Translations under genes and position numbers: made by a program
NCBI GenBank assembly: GCA_949358305.1
Contig: OX442314.1
Span: 1,178,001 to 1,242,000, forward strand
Length of the DNA stretch: 64,000 bases
Reading direction: 5' to 3'
Origin: Strigamia acuminata
Taxonomy: Eukaryota
Notes under the pieces: generated by a model
Databases searched by the model: none
Told to the model about the DNA's origin: nothing
Seen by the model: only the letters and a program-made list of their open reading frames with translations
Shown: one piece after another, positions 45,250 through 56,859 of the stretch
How positions within the stretch are numbered: the stretch's first letter is position 1
Layout: each line of letters starts with the position of its first letter

Positions 45250-48200
45250 AGTGTCACATTCCTTTGTTTGAATGTTCTCCAGTAAATGGGCGTACTGCCC
45301 AGTGTTATTAACGTTCCTCCAACGGAGATCCTGTCGTCTCTGTTGTTCGCGTAATCGGAGTCGCTGTACCCAATTATCTCGATCCGATTACTGGGGAACA
45401 ACATTAATCCATGACTTCTTGTTGTTCTCAGATAACTGAGTAGGTCCAGTAACGCAATCCAGTGATCCCATCCCGGATTCGATTGAAATTGGCTTAAGAT
45501 GTTAACCGCATAAGTCATGTCGGGCCTTGTTCTCGACGCGATAAAAGCCAGACATCCAAGTAAGCTTCGATATGGAATTCCTTCCATAATTTTGAATTCA
45601 TCGATCGTAGTCGGACAATCTTGTTTTGTGAGGATAGTTGCTTTCGTCATTGGTTGAGATCGAATTTTCACGTGTTCGAGGTGGTTCTTGAACTTCAACA
45701 ATACTTTGTTCACGTATGATCTTTGGTGAAGAATTAATTGTTGTTTGTATGAATGAAATTCTACTCCCAACAACTTCTTTGTTTGTCCGAGGATCACCAG
45801 GTCAAATTGCGTTCCGATCATATTGAGTATTTGCACCGCATGTTCGTGCTGCTTTCCGAAAACTACAATATCGTCAACGTAGACGATTAGATACGCGATA
45901 TCTCCGTACTTATAAACGCAATTGCACCAATTCACGTGCTCAAGTCCTAGTTTCAATAAAGTTTCCTCCAGTTCTATGCCCCATTCTCTTCCAGATTGGT
46001 GCAGTCCGTATATGGCTCGGAGGAGCTTGCAGACATAGTTCTCCTTGCCTTCGGAAATGAAACCTTTTGGCTGACGCATGTAGACAGTTTTATGCAATTT
46101 TGCGTAAAGATACGCACACTTGACGTCAGCTTGAATGTAAGACCATTTGAGCATACAAACGAGTAGCGTGAACATGAAGCGCACGATTGAAAAGTCCACC
46201 ACGGGTGAGAATGTCTCCTCATACGACTCGCCGTAGACTTGGAAGAAACCTTGCGCGACAAGTCTCGCCTTATAACGTGCGATTTCCCCCTCTTCATTCT
46301 GTTTGGTCGTATAAATCCATCTACAACCCACTATCTTAGTGTTGGGCGGTGGTGGAACGAGTTCCCAAACCTCGCGCTCATGCATGGTGTCTATCGCGTC
46401 GTTCATCGCTTGGCGCCATTCATTTCTTTCGGGTAAAGTCGCAATTTCCTCATAACGCACGGGTACGTAGACTTCTAGGTGATTGGCTTCGAAGTTGATA
46501 TTCATATCATCAAAGTCCACGTCAAGACTATCTGTCGTCGTATTCGATTCTGAGGGCTTTTTCTTCCTTTTGTCCTCAAACAGATGCTCAGGAACACGAA
46601 GATTGTGGTCGGCACAGTAACGCTTCACGTCAGGTATTGAGCGTAATTTGGGTTTGTCATAACCCTGGATCGTGTACTCGACATCCTTCTGTCCAGTTGG
46701 CCTGATCTTTTCTGTTTTCTTCCAAACTAGTGCAGGAATAGTTGGAACTGGATTCAAAAGTCCTTGTCCAGGTTGTGGCAAAGTGCCTTGCAACTTCACT
46801 TCTGGTCTAACATTTGGCAAATTGGTTTGAAGTTTCTCTTCAGGCAATCTAAACTTCAATTTGACTTGAGGTAATTCCAGTTGTGGGTCCTCTTCCTTCT
46901 TGACTGGTACTGGCGGGGGTAGTGGCGGCCTGACATCTTCATCCGAATAATATTGGCGCTCATTGTCATTATCTAAATTGTCGTCCAAATTATCGATGTA
47001 AGTCGTGTACTTTTCTGGTAAGCCCAGCACGCCTTCAACTCCGCGCCTGCTTTCTACGAACTTGACATCGCTTGTCTCGATTACTTTGGAAAATACTCGA
47101 TATCCTTTCGTGATTCTCGAATACCCGAGCATAATGCCATGCAGACTCTTGTTATCGATCTTGCCATCTCGAATTCTTTTCTGCACAAAGCATAAACTCC
47201 CGAATTTCCTCAAATGTCTAAGTGATGGTTTCCGTCCGTAGTACAATTCCATTGGCGTCTTGTCCGAATTCAGCTTTGCGATCCTGTTCCTGAGGTAGTT
47301 GAACGTCAGGATGGCTTCTCCCCAGAATCGATGTTCCAAGCCGGCATCGTAGACAAGCGCTCGCATCCCATTTGCTAATGTCTGGTTAAGTCTTTCGGAA
47401 ACGCCATTTTGGACAGGAGTGTACGCGTTAGTCCTTTCGTGGGCGATTCCTAGACCTTGGAGATACTCTCCAAACTTGTTTGAGCAGAACTCCATACCGT
47501 TATCCGTACGAATTGCGAGAACCGATTTCCCGAGCAATCGTTCTATTCGTTTCACGTGTTTTTGGAAAATGTCAAATACTTCGTCCTTCTTCTTCATTAA
47601 GTAGACTGTGGAATAACGAGAGAAGTCGTCCGTGATAGTTAAGAAGTATATGTTTCCCGAGAGTGTTGGTGTGCTAAATGCTCCACATACATCCATGTGT
47701 AGCAATTAGAGTGGCTCTGTCGATCTAATTCCTGGCAATGACTTATGAGAAATCGCTTTCTTCTTGGCTAATGTGCAAACATCGCATTGTGTGATTGGCA
47801 CATCCAAAATTGGCAATCCAATTACTGCACCTCTTTTGCTCATTGCTTGCACGCTTGGAAAATAGATGTGTCCGAGCCGCTCATGCCAAAGTCTTGCTTC
47901 CTCAGGATTAGACGCGCTCTTTGTTGTACTCTGTGTTGAAATAGTTGGCTCTTGTTTCTTTTGTTCGCCAACGTTCGCCTTGTTCTTCGCTTTTTGTCGT
48001 AACTTGTCAAAGTCTGGCTTCTGGTCGCTTAGTTTGATATAATATAAACGATCCTTCTTCACGCCTTCCATCAGCTGTCTCTTCCACTGAGGATCGTATA
48101 TCTTGACCAGTCCGGAGCCAACGGCGACTTTGCATCGTGCTTCGTCGATGCACGGTCCCGACAATAAATTTCTTCGCATGTCCGGCGCATAATAGACTTT

Positions 48201-49370
48201 CTTCAATGTGATTGGAATTGTCTCACTTCCAACCAAACACATCACGCAAACGTCCTCGACGCCCTGAATTTGAATCAAAGTTTTCTTATCCGCTTGACTT
48301 ATTGTCCCTGTGGTTTCCTTGAAGTTAAAGAATTGGTTCCTGTCTTTGCAGAAATGTCCAGTGGCCCCGGTGTCGTAGATCCAACAGTTGTTGGCTGCGC
48401 TGCACTGCAACATTTCTTCCTCGCTCAATTCGGTGAGAAAACCGACATCGAACATGTTTGTGTCCAATTCTTCCGCCGTATTTGTGTTCTGGCTGTTATT
48501 CGACGGTAATTGTGCTGTGCAATCCCTCGCCCAGTGGCCTGGTTGATTGCACCGGAAACACGGCCCCCGTGGTGATGATCCGGTCGTATTTCCTCTGAAA
48601 TTCCGCGAATTTTTGCCGCCTCGATAATTCGATTTGCCGCCCCTTTGTCCGCCTCGGCTGTTTTGGCTGCTGTTCCCTTGCTGTTGTTGGGATTTAGACG
48701 AATTGTCACTGTTCTTAGCGTTGGGGGAACTTGTTCCCATGTTGAATGCGTCCACAATTGGTCCTTGACCCAAATTCCTTCTTTGTTGCGCGAGTCTGCC
48801 CTCTTCGGCGACCAATTCTGCTTCAACTTTTTCCAACGTGAAGTCCTTATCCTCCCATCGATAAATGCTTTGAACAATGGACTGGTACTCTTGTGGCAGG
48901 TATCGAATGAGCTGAAACGCCTGATACAAGTTGTCTAAATCGTGTTTGACGTTGGCTAGTCGCTTCGCCGCATTGCGTATCTTCGCCGCGAATACGCCGA
49001 TCGTTTCCGTCGTCGGATCGTATTTAAGGCTGAAAAATTCGTCCAGCAGACGTATTATCCTCGCCCTCGAGACCGGTTTGAAGTTGGTTTTCAGCGTGTC
49101 CCACGCTGTTTTCGCATCCTCGGTCCCGCTGAGCAATTCGTGATATTGCTCTTCAATGGCGTAATAAATTAGGCTGAATGCTCGTCCCTTCCGTAGTTGA
49201 TAATCCGAACGATCTCGCCAAGATGCTCCCGGTGCCAGCGCTTCTTGTGTCCCGTCAGTGAATGCCCAACATCCGTGATGCATCAACAGCACTTTGATTT
49301 GCTGTTTCCAAGTGTCATAGTTTGTTCTGTTCAAAAGTGTTATTTTCCTTTCCGGTTTGTCCGTATCCAT
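45250..49370 (-). pseudogene. Copia A Gag-Pol with a premature TAA at 47706-47708
   Basis: CFRCNQPGHWARDC, WIYDTGA, WHERLGH, EPL*LLHMDVCG, TDNGMEF, KARLVAQGF, YVDD; MBD-like segment at ~46578-46730. Confidence 0.92.
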
Positions 49371-50055
49371 TGTGATTTAGGAAAACAATCTCTTCAAACT
49401 GCACACACACACACTTTTTCAGCAAAAACACTTTCAAAACGGTTACTCGTGAAAAATAGTGCAATTTCCACGAGGTTAGTGCGCTCTTAAGATTATGTTA
49501 GTGTCAATCCTATCACAGCACTAATCTAACAATTATATCAACAATATATTCCAAATAAATATCAATATCGATTATAAACAAAAGTTCTAGTCTTCTTGTG
49601 TTGTTTTCTCCTCGTTTTAGTGTCTTTTTCGCCTCGAAAATTCGTCCATTAAACTTTTCCGCGTCTTTCCAATCGTTTTTCGTCCGCAGCTCGTTCACAC
49701 TTCCCGTGTGGTTGCCGAGAGTCGTCGTCGTTACGTCTTCCTCGTTGAGTCGTTTTCTCGACGAAAGAATCAACGACACGTTGACAAAACGTATCGCGCC
49801 TCGCGATATTCGGAAAAATTGTCCGAAAATTGGAAAATTGAACTTATTAATGAAAAGTTTCGTAATGTTCGAACCCATTTATTGTTCCTGCGTCACTTGA
49901 TGGCCAATAATCGCTTGTTAAACCGTGGATGCTTGGCTGAGACACAGGTTGCTTCCATTCCTCATGGGCGCCGCCATCTTGGATTTGGAGGAGAAACGCC
50001 CTCTTTTTCACCTGTGGTTGACTTGGATTGTTTTTCAGTCACTCTGCACGTTTTA

Positions 50056-51687
50056 GATTAGAGATGGCAAGAGGTTTGTTCCTTTCGACAAGCAGTCATT
50101 TAGGGACAATTGTCCCTTTTTGTGCGACGAGGCGTCAAAAACGATTCGAAGTTTTGTTGTTAGTCTCTCGTCTTTGATTACGGGTCGATGGGGCATGTAG
50201 TAAACTGGTCCCTCGCTGGCATCTGGTGGTATTTCTTCTACGATTCCTTGCGCCAATTGATCGTCAATCACCTTTTTGTATTCCAGAAATAAATTCGGTT
50301 GCTTTCTGAAACGTCTAAGCAGGTTTAAAAATCTTTGTTCGGCAATTTGGTAATTGTCCTGTAATTCATTTGGGTTGACAGTCCATGGCAGCTCGACTGA
50401 ATAGTTTTTCCCATTCCATTTGATCGATTTTTCAAATTTTTCCAAAATTTCCGCGTCCTCCAGCGATGTGAGCGACTCGTGTTGCACCCCGATGGCTTCC
50501 AGTTCCCAGAATTTGCGTAGAATTTCGTCAGATGAGGGGACGATGCTAATTTTGTTTTGGTGGATTGGTGAAGCGATTACTTGCTTGCCGTGAGTAGTTC
50601 GTCCATGGAGTGTCCATCCTAGTTTGGTTTTCACGGCAATTAGGTTGTCTTCGATATATTCCGTCTGTCCCGTCATTAATTTCCAATAGTGGTCCACTCC
50701 TATTAAAATGTCAACTTCTTTTGAGTGAAGAGATGCTTGCCTGCATTGTACTTGAATCCCTCGTTTTTTTAATTCTGCATTCATTTGTGCATCTGGGACC
50801 TCAGTTGGAGTTGTTGTGACTTGAGGGACTTCTATGGCATCGATGGAGATGGCTGGACCCGCTCCATTTGCTGGTTGGATCGTCAGTTGGACTCGGTTGC
50901 ACGTCACGGATTGTGGATCTTTGCCAAAAACAGAAAGGTTAATTTTTTCAGTACCTAACTTCTTCAGTTTGAGTTTTCTGGCCACGTCCGATCGAATAAA
51001 CGTTCTCTGAGCTCCGCCATCGATATAACAGATGCTGGATGTGTTTAATTTGTCGCCACTCAATTTTGCCATGACAACCATCAAAAATTCGAATTGTTCT
51101 TGGCTGTTTTTTACCACGGCGTTGGAGCGAACCTCCTTGATGTTGGCTTCTTTGGTGTTTGCATTTTTTGGGGTGTCGCAAACTTGTGTGTGGTGCGCGC
51201 CCTCACATTTGAAGCACTTCATGTTGGTGCGACATTCTTCCGTCTTGTGCGCCACTTTGCCTAAGCAGCGCATGCAAATTCCCTTGGATTTTATTTTCTC
51301 CCTTCTTTGATCTGCGGTGAGAGGGCACAGACGACGGATGTGTTCCTTTGAGCTGCAAAACTGACATTTATCAATTATTACGGACATTGTTGATGCGGAA
51401 CTTGGATGGTGTTTCTTGTCTTTTCGATCCCATTTCCTTTTCTCCTCTTTATTTGGATTTTTGGTTTGTTGAGGTTGAGGTTTGGTTGGTGGGACGTCTG
51501 ATTTCTTCCGCATCATGTCATACTTCGCCTCTTTGGCTATGAAATTCTGCAGCCATGCCATTAGTCTCGGAACGGATCGATCTCCATCGTTCTCTCGGCC
51601 GTATTCCCGAATTAGGGTGCGGGGGAGCGTCGATGCTAACACTGGAAATAAGGTTTTTTGAATTTCAATTAATTTCACCCCCACATT
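50056..51687 (-). pseudogene. BEL polyprotein middle part (Gag Cys-His knuckles, protease, start of RT)
   Basis: Three Cys-His knuckles, YIDGGAQRTFI, FWELE, YMPH, KLRIVFDAS, SLNDCL. Confidence 0.9.
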
Positions 51688-51854
51688 AGTGAGTTTGCGG
51701 TTGCCAATTAATCCTTATAATTATGAGTTACAAATTATGAGTTATAAAAATGGACTTATAACATAACTTGCGGTACAAGTATAAATTATACTTATAAATA
51801 CCATGTGATCACACCATGTGACCACCACAAGTCACATTACATCATCAAACCAAA

Positions 51855-52978
51855 ATGGATGCCATTGCTATACTTACAGCTTTTGGTGAAGATGTGGAAG
51901 ATTTTATAATTGCAAAAGCTATAAGTAACTGTTTACGTGAAAAAGAACAACTGTATACACCACATTCCTTTGATATCATGTCTATTCCTGCAACAAATTT
52001 TCAATTTTTGTTCCGGTTTGACAGACCTGACATACTAGATTTGTTTAGAGTTCTTCAACTGCCAAATAAATTTGTGACAACAGACATGCATGTGATTGAT
52101 GGTAAGTTGTAAATTATTTGAATTACACTTAGAATACTTTATCTTTAAATGTATTTGGTTTTATTGTAGGAATTGCTGGGCTCTGCTTGTTGCTACGAAG
52201 GTTTGTATACCCAAACCGGTTGAAGGACTTGCAGAATTTGTTCGGTTTGCACTTTTCTTCGTTAAGCAAATTGCTGTTTACCATCACAACATTTGTGTAT
52301 GATAAGTGGGGTTGCAAACTACAAAATATGAATGAGAATTCTTGGTTCACCACTGATTTGCAAAAGGAAATGGCTGCTTTAGTCCAAAGGATGGGATCAC
52401 CACTTCACAACTGCATTGGTTTCATCGATGGCACAGCCCATGCCATTTGCAGACCATCACGCAATCAAAGAGAAGTGTATAGTGGTCACAAAAGAAACCA
52501 CTGTATTAAATTCCAAAATATTACCCTCCCAAACGGCATAATCCTGCATCTAAGTTTACCATTTCCAGGGCGACGACATGACGCTTTTATACTGCGAGAT
52601 ACAAATATATTGCATCAAATGGATATATTTGCTCCAGGATTTGTGTTGTATGGCGATGAGGGATATCCCTTACGGCGACAACTTATACGGCCATATAGCA
52701 ATTCACGGTTGACAAACGAACAGGTTGAATTCAATAAACGAATGTCTTCACTTCGTCAGTGCGTAGAATGGAGCTTCGGAAAAATTGCTCAGCAGTTTGC
52801 ATTTGTGGATTTTGAAAAAAACCAAAAGCTATACCTGCAACCAGTTGGCATGTATTACATTGTGGCAGCACTACTTACAAATGCACATACGTGTGTGTAT
52901 GGATCAACAACATCGACATATTTCAACATTGAAAGCACAGACTTGGAAGAATATTTCAGAATTGGTACTTTATTGTAA
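51855..52978 (+). CDS. DDE_Tnp_4/HARBI1-like transposase; exons 51855-52101 and 52170-52978
   Basis: GFIDGT, YSGHKRNH, GRRHDA, YGDEGYP, RQCVEWSFG; GT-AG intron restores GIAGLCLLLRRF. Confidence 0.9.
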
Positions 52979-53122
52979 ACACATTCTTTTTTTGAACATG
53001 TGAATTTGTTGATTTCAATAAATTGGTGAATAAAACGAAAAAAAAAATATCTTTCACTAAACACAAAAATAACACTAATACACTGAAATACTAACAAATT
53101 AACAAAATAAATATATTTTTAT

Positions 53123-54508
53123 TTATTTTTTATTTATGAGGGAAGTCAACATTGCTGTTGTTGCAACCTGATTCTGATTTTGCATTTCCCATTTTTTTTC
53201 CTCAAGATCTAAGCGCCTGTTATCCAGCTCTAACTGCTTGCGGCGCAATTCCAAATCTTCCTTCTTTAATTCAAATTCTTGGTCATGAATCTGTTGTTTT
53301 ACCCTCAACTCATCTTTAGATTTCTCAGCTAGATAACTCCATACTCCTTCATCTTGTTTTTGGGTACGTCTACGTTTTACAGCTGGCTTTGTATGTATTC
53401 TTTTCTGTTCTTGATCATCATCATCTGCCAATGAGGATGAGGATGACATCAACTCCTTCCTTTTTTGCATCTGGTCATCAATTACTACTTCTAGTATTTG
53501 ATCGGGATTTGATTCATCTTCGTTTTCTTCTATAACTCGGTTTCTACCGCTGGTCAAATTTCTCAAAGCAGCATTTCTTATTTCCTGCACCTGATCTGCT
53601 TCAACTTTTTTGTTTTTGGTAACATCTTTAGAACTCCGCCCAGGCTTTTGTAATTTCATCGCTGCCTCTAATTCCACCAATTGTAGATAATTGTCCCAAA
53701 CGGTCATCAATTGTTGCATTTTTGTGCCCCATGCGGTCTTAATTCGTTCGCGGCCGCTCTCAGTAGCTTCTTCAGAATCATACCGCTTAAAATCCACAAC
53801 TCCCTTTAGCATGTGTGTCTTCAATAACCGCACACTACAGGACTCAAATCTATAGCAAAAGAAAAAACAGAAATTTTTTAAAATAAAATATGTGTTCAAT
53901 TTGTAATGAAATAAAAGCTGGTTTTGCTGCACGAAATAAACGTTGAATTTATTTGCACTTGATTCGTTTTCTACTGGTGTCGTTTAAACACTAATTTTGT
54001 ACACATTTTCATTTGTTTGTTACAAAAATCTCAACTGTTCGACTACATATTTTGGTCGTATATCATCTATATTTTTATACATTGTTACAACAAAGCGCTG
54101 CATTGTATTATTATAAACGCGTACGTTTACTAATTAATTTAATTGCTTTTAAATACAAAATGTTCAACGTTTGATTGATTCACAACACGACAATATAAAA
54201 ATAAAATATTTTTAAGCACACTAATAAAAAGAGTATCTTAAAATTGATATATTTACATAAAAGTTGAAATGGAAGACTTTACAACAAAATGAAAACAACT
54301 TAAATTTCCACGTGCACCAGCTGAAACAACAACAATTCTTATTAAAAAAATCAATTTACCTTTTATTTTCGCAGATCAAATTAGATCTGACTTTTTCCCA
54401 CAATTCTGCCTCTGTGGATTCCACATCAAGACAGATGCAATTAAATAATTCTTCAATTGCTTGCAGATTTTCTTCCTCACAAAATCGAAATCGTTTACCT
54501 CCCGCCAT
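53123..54508 (-). CDS. Second transposon ORF, probable Myb/SANT-like DNA-binding protein with coiled-coil C-terminus; exons 54508-54360 and 53849-53123
   Basis: MAGGKRFRFCEEENLQ...LWEKVRSNL joins in phase to FESCSVRLL; convergent with the transposase. Confidence 0.7.
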
Positions 54509-54851
54509 TATTATTGCTGACAGTACAATTCCTTCACATGTAATGGAAGAACAAATCCCTATGCAAAAGAAAATAAAAATCTGTAATTTTACTAATTTGT
54601 CAGTTTTCAGACATGAAATTCTCTTCCAGTTTATTTATTTGCCTACCTGGAATGATTTTAGTTGTTTCTATCCTTTGATGACAGAAAGAAATTGTGTTTG
54701 AGACTGAATGTTGAAATAGGTCAGGCAGCCATTTTGAATTTCCATCAGCACTATCAGCGCCATTTGCAATTGTGGGAGGAGCTTCAAATAGTGTTAAGCG
54801 ATCTGATTGGCTCCCTTATTTTATAAAATAGTGTAAAAGTTGAGGAGTTAC

Positions 54852-55091
54852 GTTATGTTATAAGTCCATTTTTATAATTATGAGCTTGTAACTCATAATT
54901 ATAAGGATTAATTGGCAACCTCAAACTCACTGTTATGTTATAAGTCTATTTTTATAATTATGAGCTTGTAACTCATAATTATAAGGATTAATTGGCAACC
55001 TCAAACTCACTGTTATGTTATAAGTCCATTTTTATAATTATGAGCTTGTAACTCATAATTATAAGGAACAATTGGCAACCGCAAACTCACT
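54852..55091. repeat. Three tandem 80-bp copies of the transposon right end
   Basis: Units 54852-54931, 54932-55011, 55012-55091. Confidence 0.92.
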
Positions 55092-55823
55092 ATTGTCCAA
55101 GTTTTCTACGTTAATTTCAACATGACGATGTAAACGCTGCAGTCCTTCATTGTCACTCTCGTCACGCACTTGTGGCAAGCAAAGTAAATTGTTTAAATAT
55201 CTGTTCTCTAATACTACCGGATCGCCATATTTTTTCTTTAGCCGTTCTGTTGCAATCAGGAAATTTGCGTCGGTGATTTCCAATCCTTTTATGTCCTCCA
55301 ACGCCTCATCTGTCAGATGCGCTCGCAGATGAAGGAATTTATGCGTATCGTCAAGGTCGGCGTCGTCGTTCACTTGCAAACAAAACGTTTTCCAGAAGCT
55401 GCTCCAAATTTCCGGATGTTTGCCATCAAATTTTGGAATCTCGAGTGCCTTTCTTTTGAATTTGGCGGCGCCGTTCGTCGCGGGTGCATTGTTCACAACT
55501 GGCGGCAAAATAACAATTGGGTATAATTGATTTGAATACCTTTTTATAGCCGCTTTCAACACCAGCACTCGATCGTCCAAAGCGTCCATTTCCTCGGTGA
55601 GTGAGCTAACATCTGCGTCCGTTTTTGAGCTTTCTAAAGCTATTTCGAACGCTTTTGCTGCACGATTTTGTTTTGAATCCAATTGGTTGATCCATATTTC
55701 TAAAGTGTCCTTCAAGATGGCGGCGTTGCCGGTCAGCGCGGTGGTCGCCGTGTTGATTAGCGTTTCCGTGACTGTAATGGCCGCCGCAAAAGACTTCTTC
55801 TTAAAATCGTAATTTCTCACCAT
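55092..55823 (-). pseudogene. BEL Gag N-terminal part (DUF1759-like)
   Basis: IPKFDG...WSSFW...KFLHLRAHLTDEA...LKKKYG. Confidence 0.88.
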
Positions 55824-55898
55824 TTTCGGTAGTTTTAGATGATTCTAGCTGCAGATGTAGATGTAGATTCGAAGGTTTCCCGGGTTTTGGCACCAAAA

Positions 55899-56331
55899 TG
55901 TGAAATCACACTCTTAATTTTGACTAAAGTCCTTGGTTTGAAAAGTGTAAATTGTGTAGATGAAATAAAAGAAAACTTTCTCTTGAGTTGTTAAAAAGAA
56001 CACTGGTGGTTTTATTCTTAGACTAGAGAAAAAGGGGGGAAAAGGGTATGTGGAGCTCTCTGATTGGAGAGCGGAATTAATTGACCTCAATTAGCTGGTT
56101 CCAAGAAAGGTCAAGTGGAAGTTTAAGAAGTGAAGTTATAGGGTGAGAAGGTGGGGATTATAATTAAGTAAATAGGTGAAGTTTAAAGTGGAGATAAATG
56201 CAAATAATAAACACCAGATAAAATACAAAATGACAAAATGTTAAAATTGAACTTGCATGAATTAAATGGTAATAAAATGACAAATTGAACAACAATAAAA
56301 CAATACATGAGTAAAACCCTCGGTTTTCACA
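55899..56331 (-). repeat. 5' LTR of BEL/Pao element
   Basis: Adjacent to the PBS; followed by CTATG TSD. Confidence 0.95.
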
Positions 56332-56859
56332 CTATGTTTTCTGAACTTTTCAATTAAAATAGAAAAAAGCAGCAATCTTATTTTTAAAATCCAAATTAAA
56401 ATAAACAAATAAAAGCATAAATCAACGTTTTGAGTGTAACAATGCAAAACTTTTTAATGTCTGTTTAGTTAAATGTTTTTTCAGGTGATCACTTGAATGG
56501 TTGTTTTCCAATGTGAGTCAATAGATGTCTTTTTAAACTCCCATTATGATTGCAAGAATAATCACATAAATGGCACTTGAATGGATTTTCTCCTGTATGG
56601 GTTAATAGATGTAATTTTAAGGTCTCTTTTCGATTACTGGAATAATCACACAAATGGCACTTGAATGGTTTTTCTCCTGTGTGGGTTAATAGATGTCTTC
56701 TTAAACTCCCACTTCGATTGCAAGAATAATCACTCAAATGGCACTTGAATGGTTTTTCTCCGGTGTGAATTCGCATGTGGTCAGTCATGTTAGTTTTAAG
56801 TCGAAATGAAAGTGAACACATTTGAAATTTGAAAGGCTTTTCACCAGTGTGTTTAAGCA

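Larger units (their letters stand above)
37632..50055 (-). mobile_element. Ty1/Copia element A with MBD-like domain; 5' LTR missing; interrupted by Copia B
   Basis: Putative 3' LTR 37632-37940 next to PPT GAGGGGG; gag-PR-IN-RT-RH order; no matching 5' LTR or second TSD. Confidence 0.85.
51688..55091. mobile_element. Two-gene PIF/Harbinger-superfamily DNA transposon (Pangu-like)
   Basis: TIRs AGTGAGTTTGCGGTTGCCAATT; ATT TSD at 51685-51687 and 55092-55094; removal restores BEL ENLDNVGVKL. Confidence 0.93.
34684..56331 (-). mobile_element. BEL/Pao LTR retrotransposon, inactivated by nested insertions and a deletion
   Basis: LTRs 34684-35115 and 55899-56331; CTATG TSD; tRNA-Phe-like PBS TGGTGCCAAAACCCGGGA; PPT-like GCGGGGGCAG. 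Confidence 0.95.

Noticed and set aside
47706..47708. Stop in Copia A as a gag/pol readthrough site
   Set aside because: It falls inside integrase (EPL*LLH.D), not at a gag-pol boundary; ordinary nonsense mutation
54264..54701. 145-aa plus-strand ORF and its counterpart at 5165-5395
   Set aside because: Antisense to the second transposon gene and its upstream region; the shared text only reflects MITE derivation
54852..55091. CRISPR-like periodicity (also 30185-30460)
   Set aside because: No unique spacers, no cas genes, eukaryotic context; these are tandem repeats
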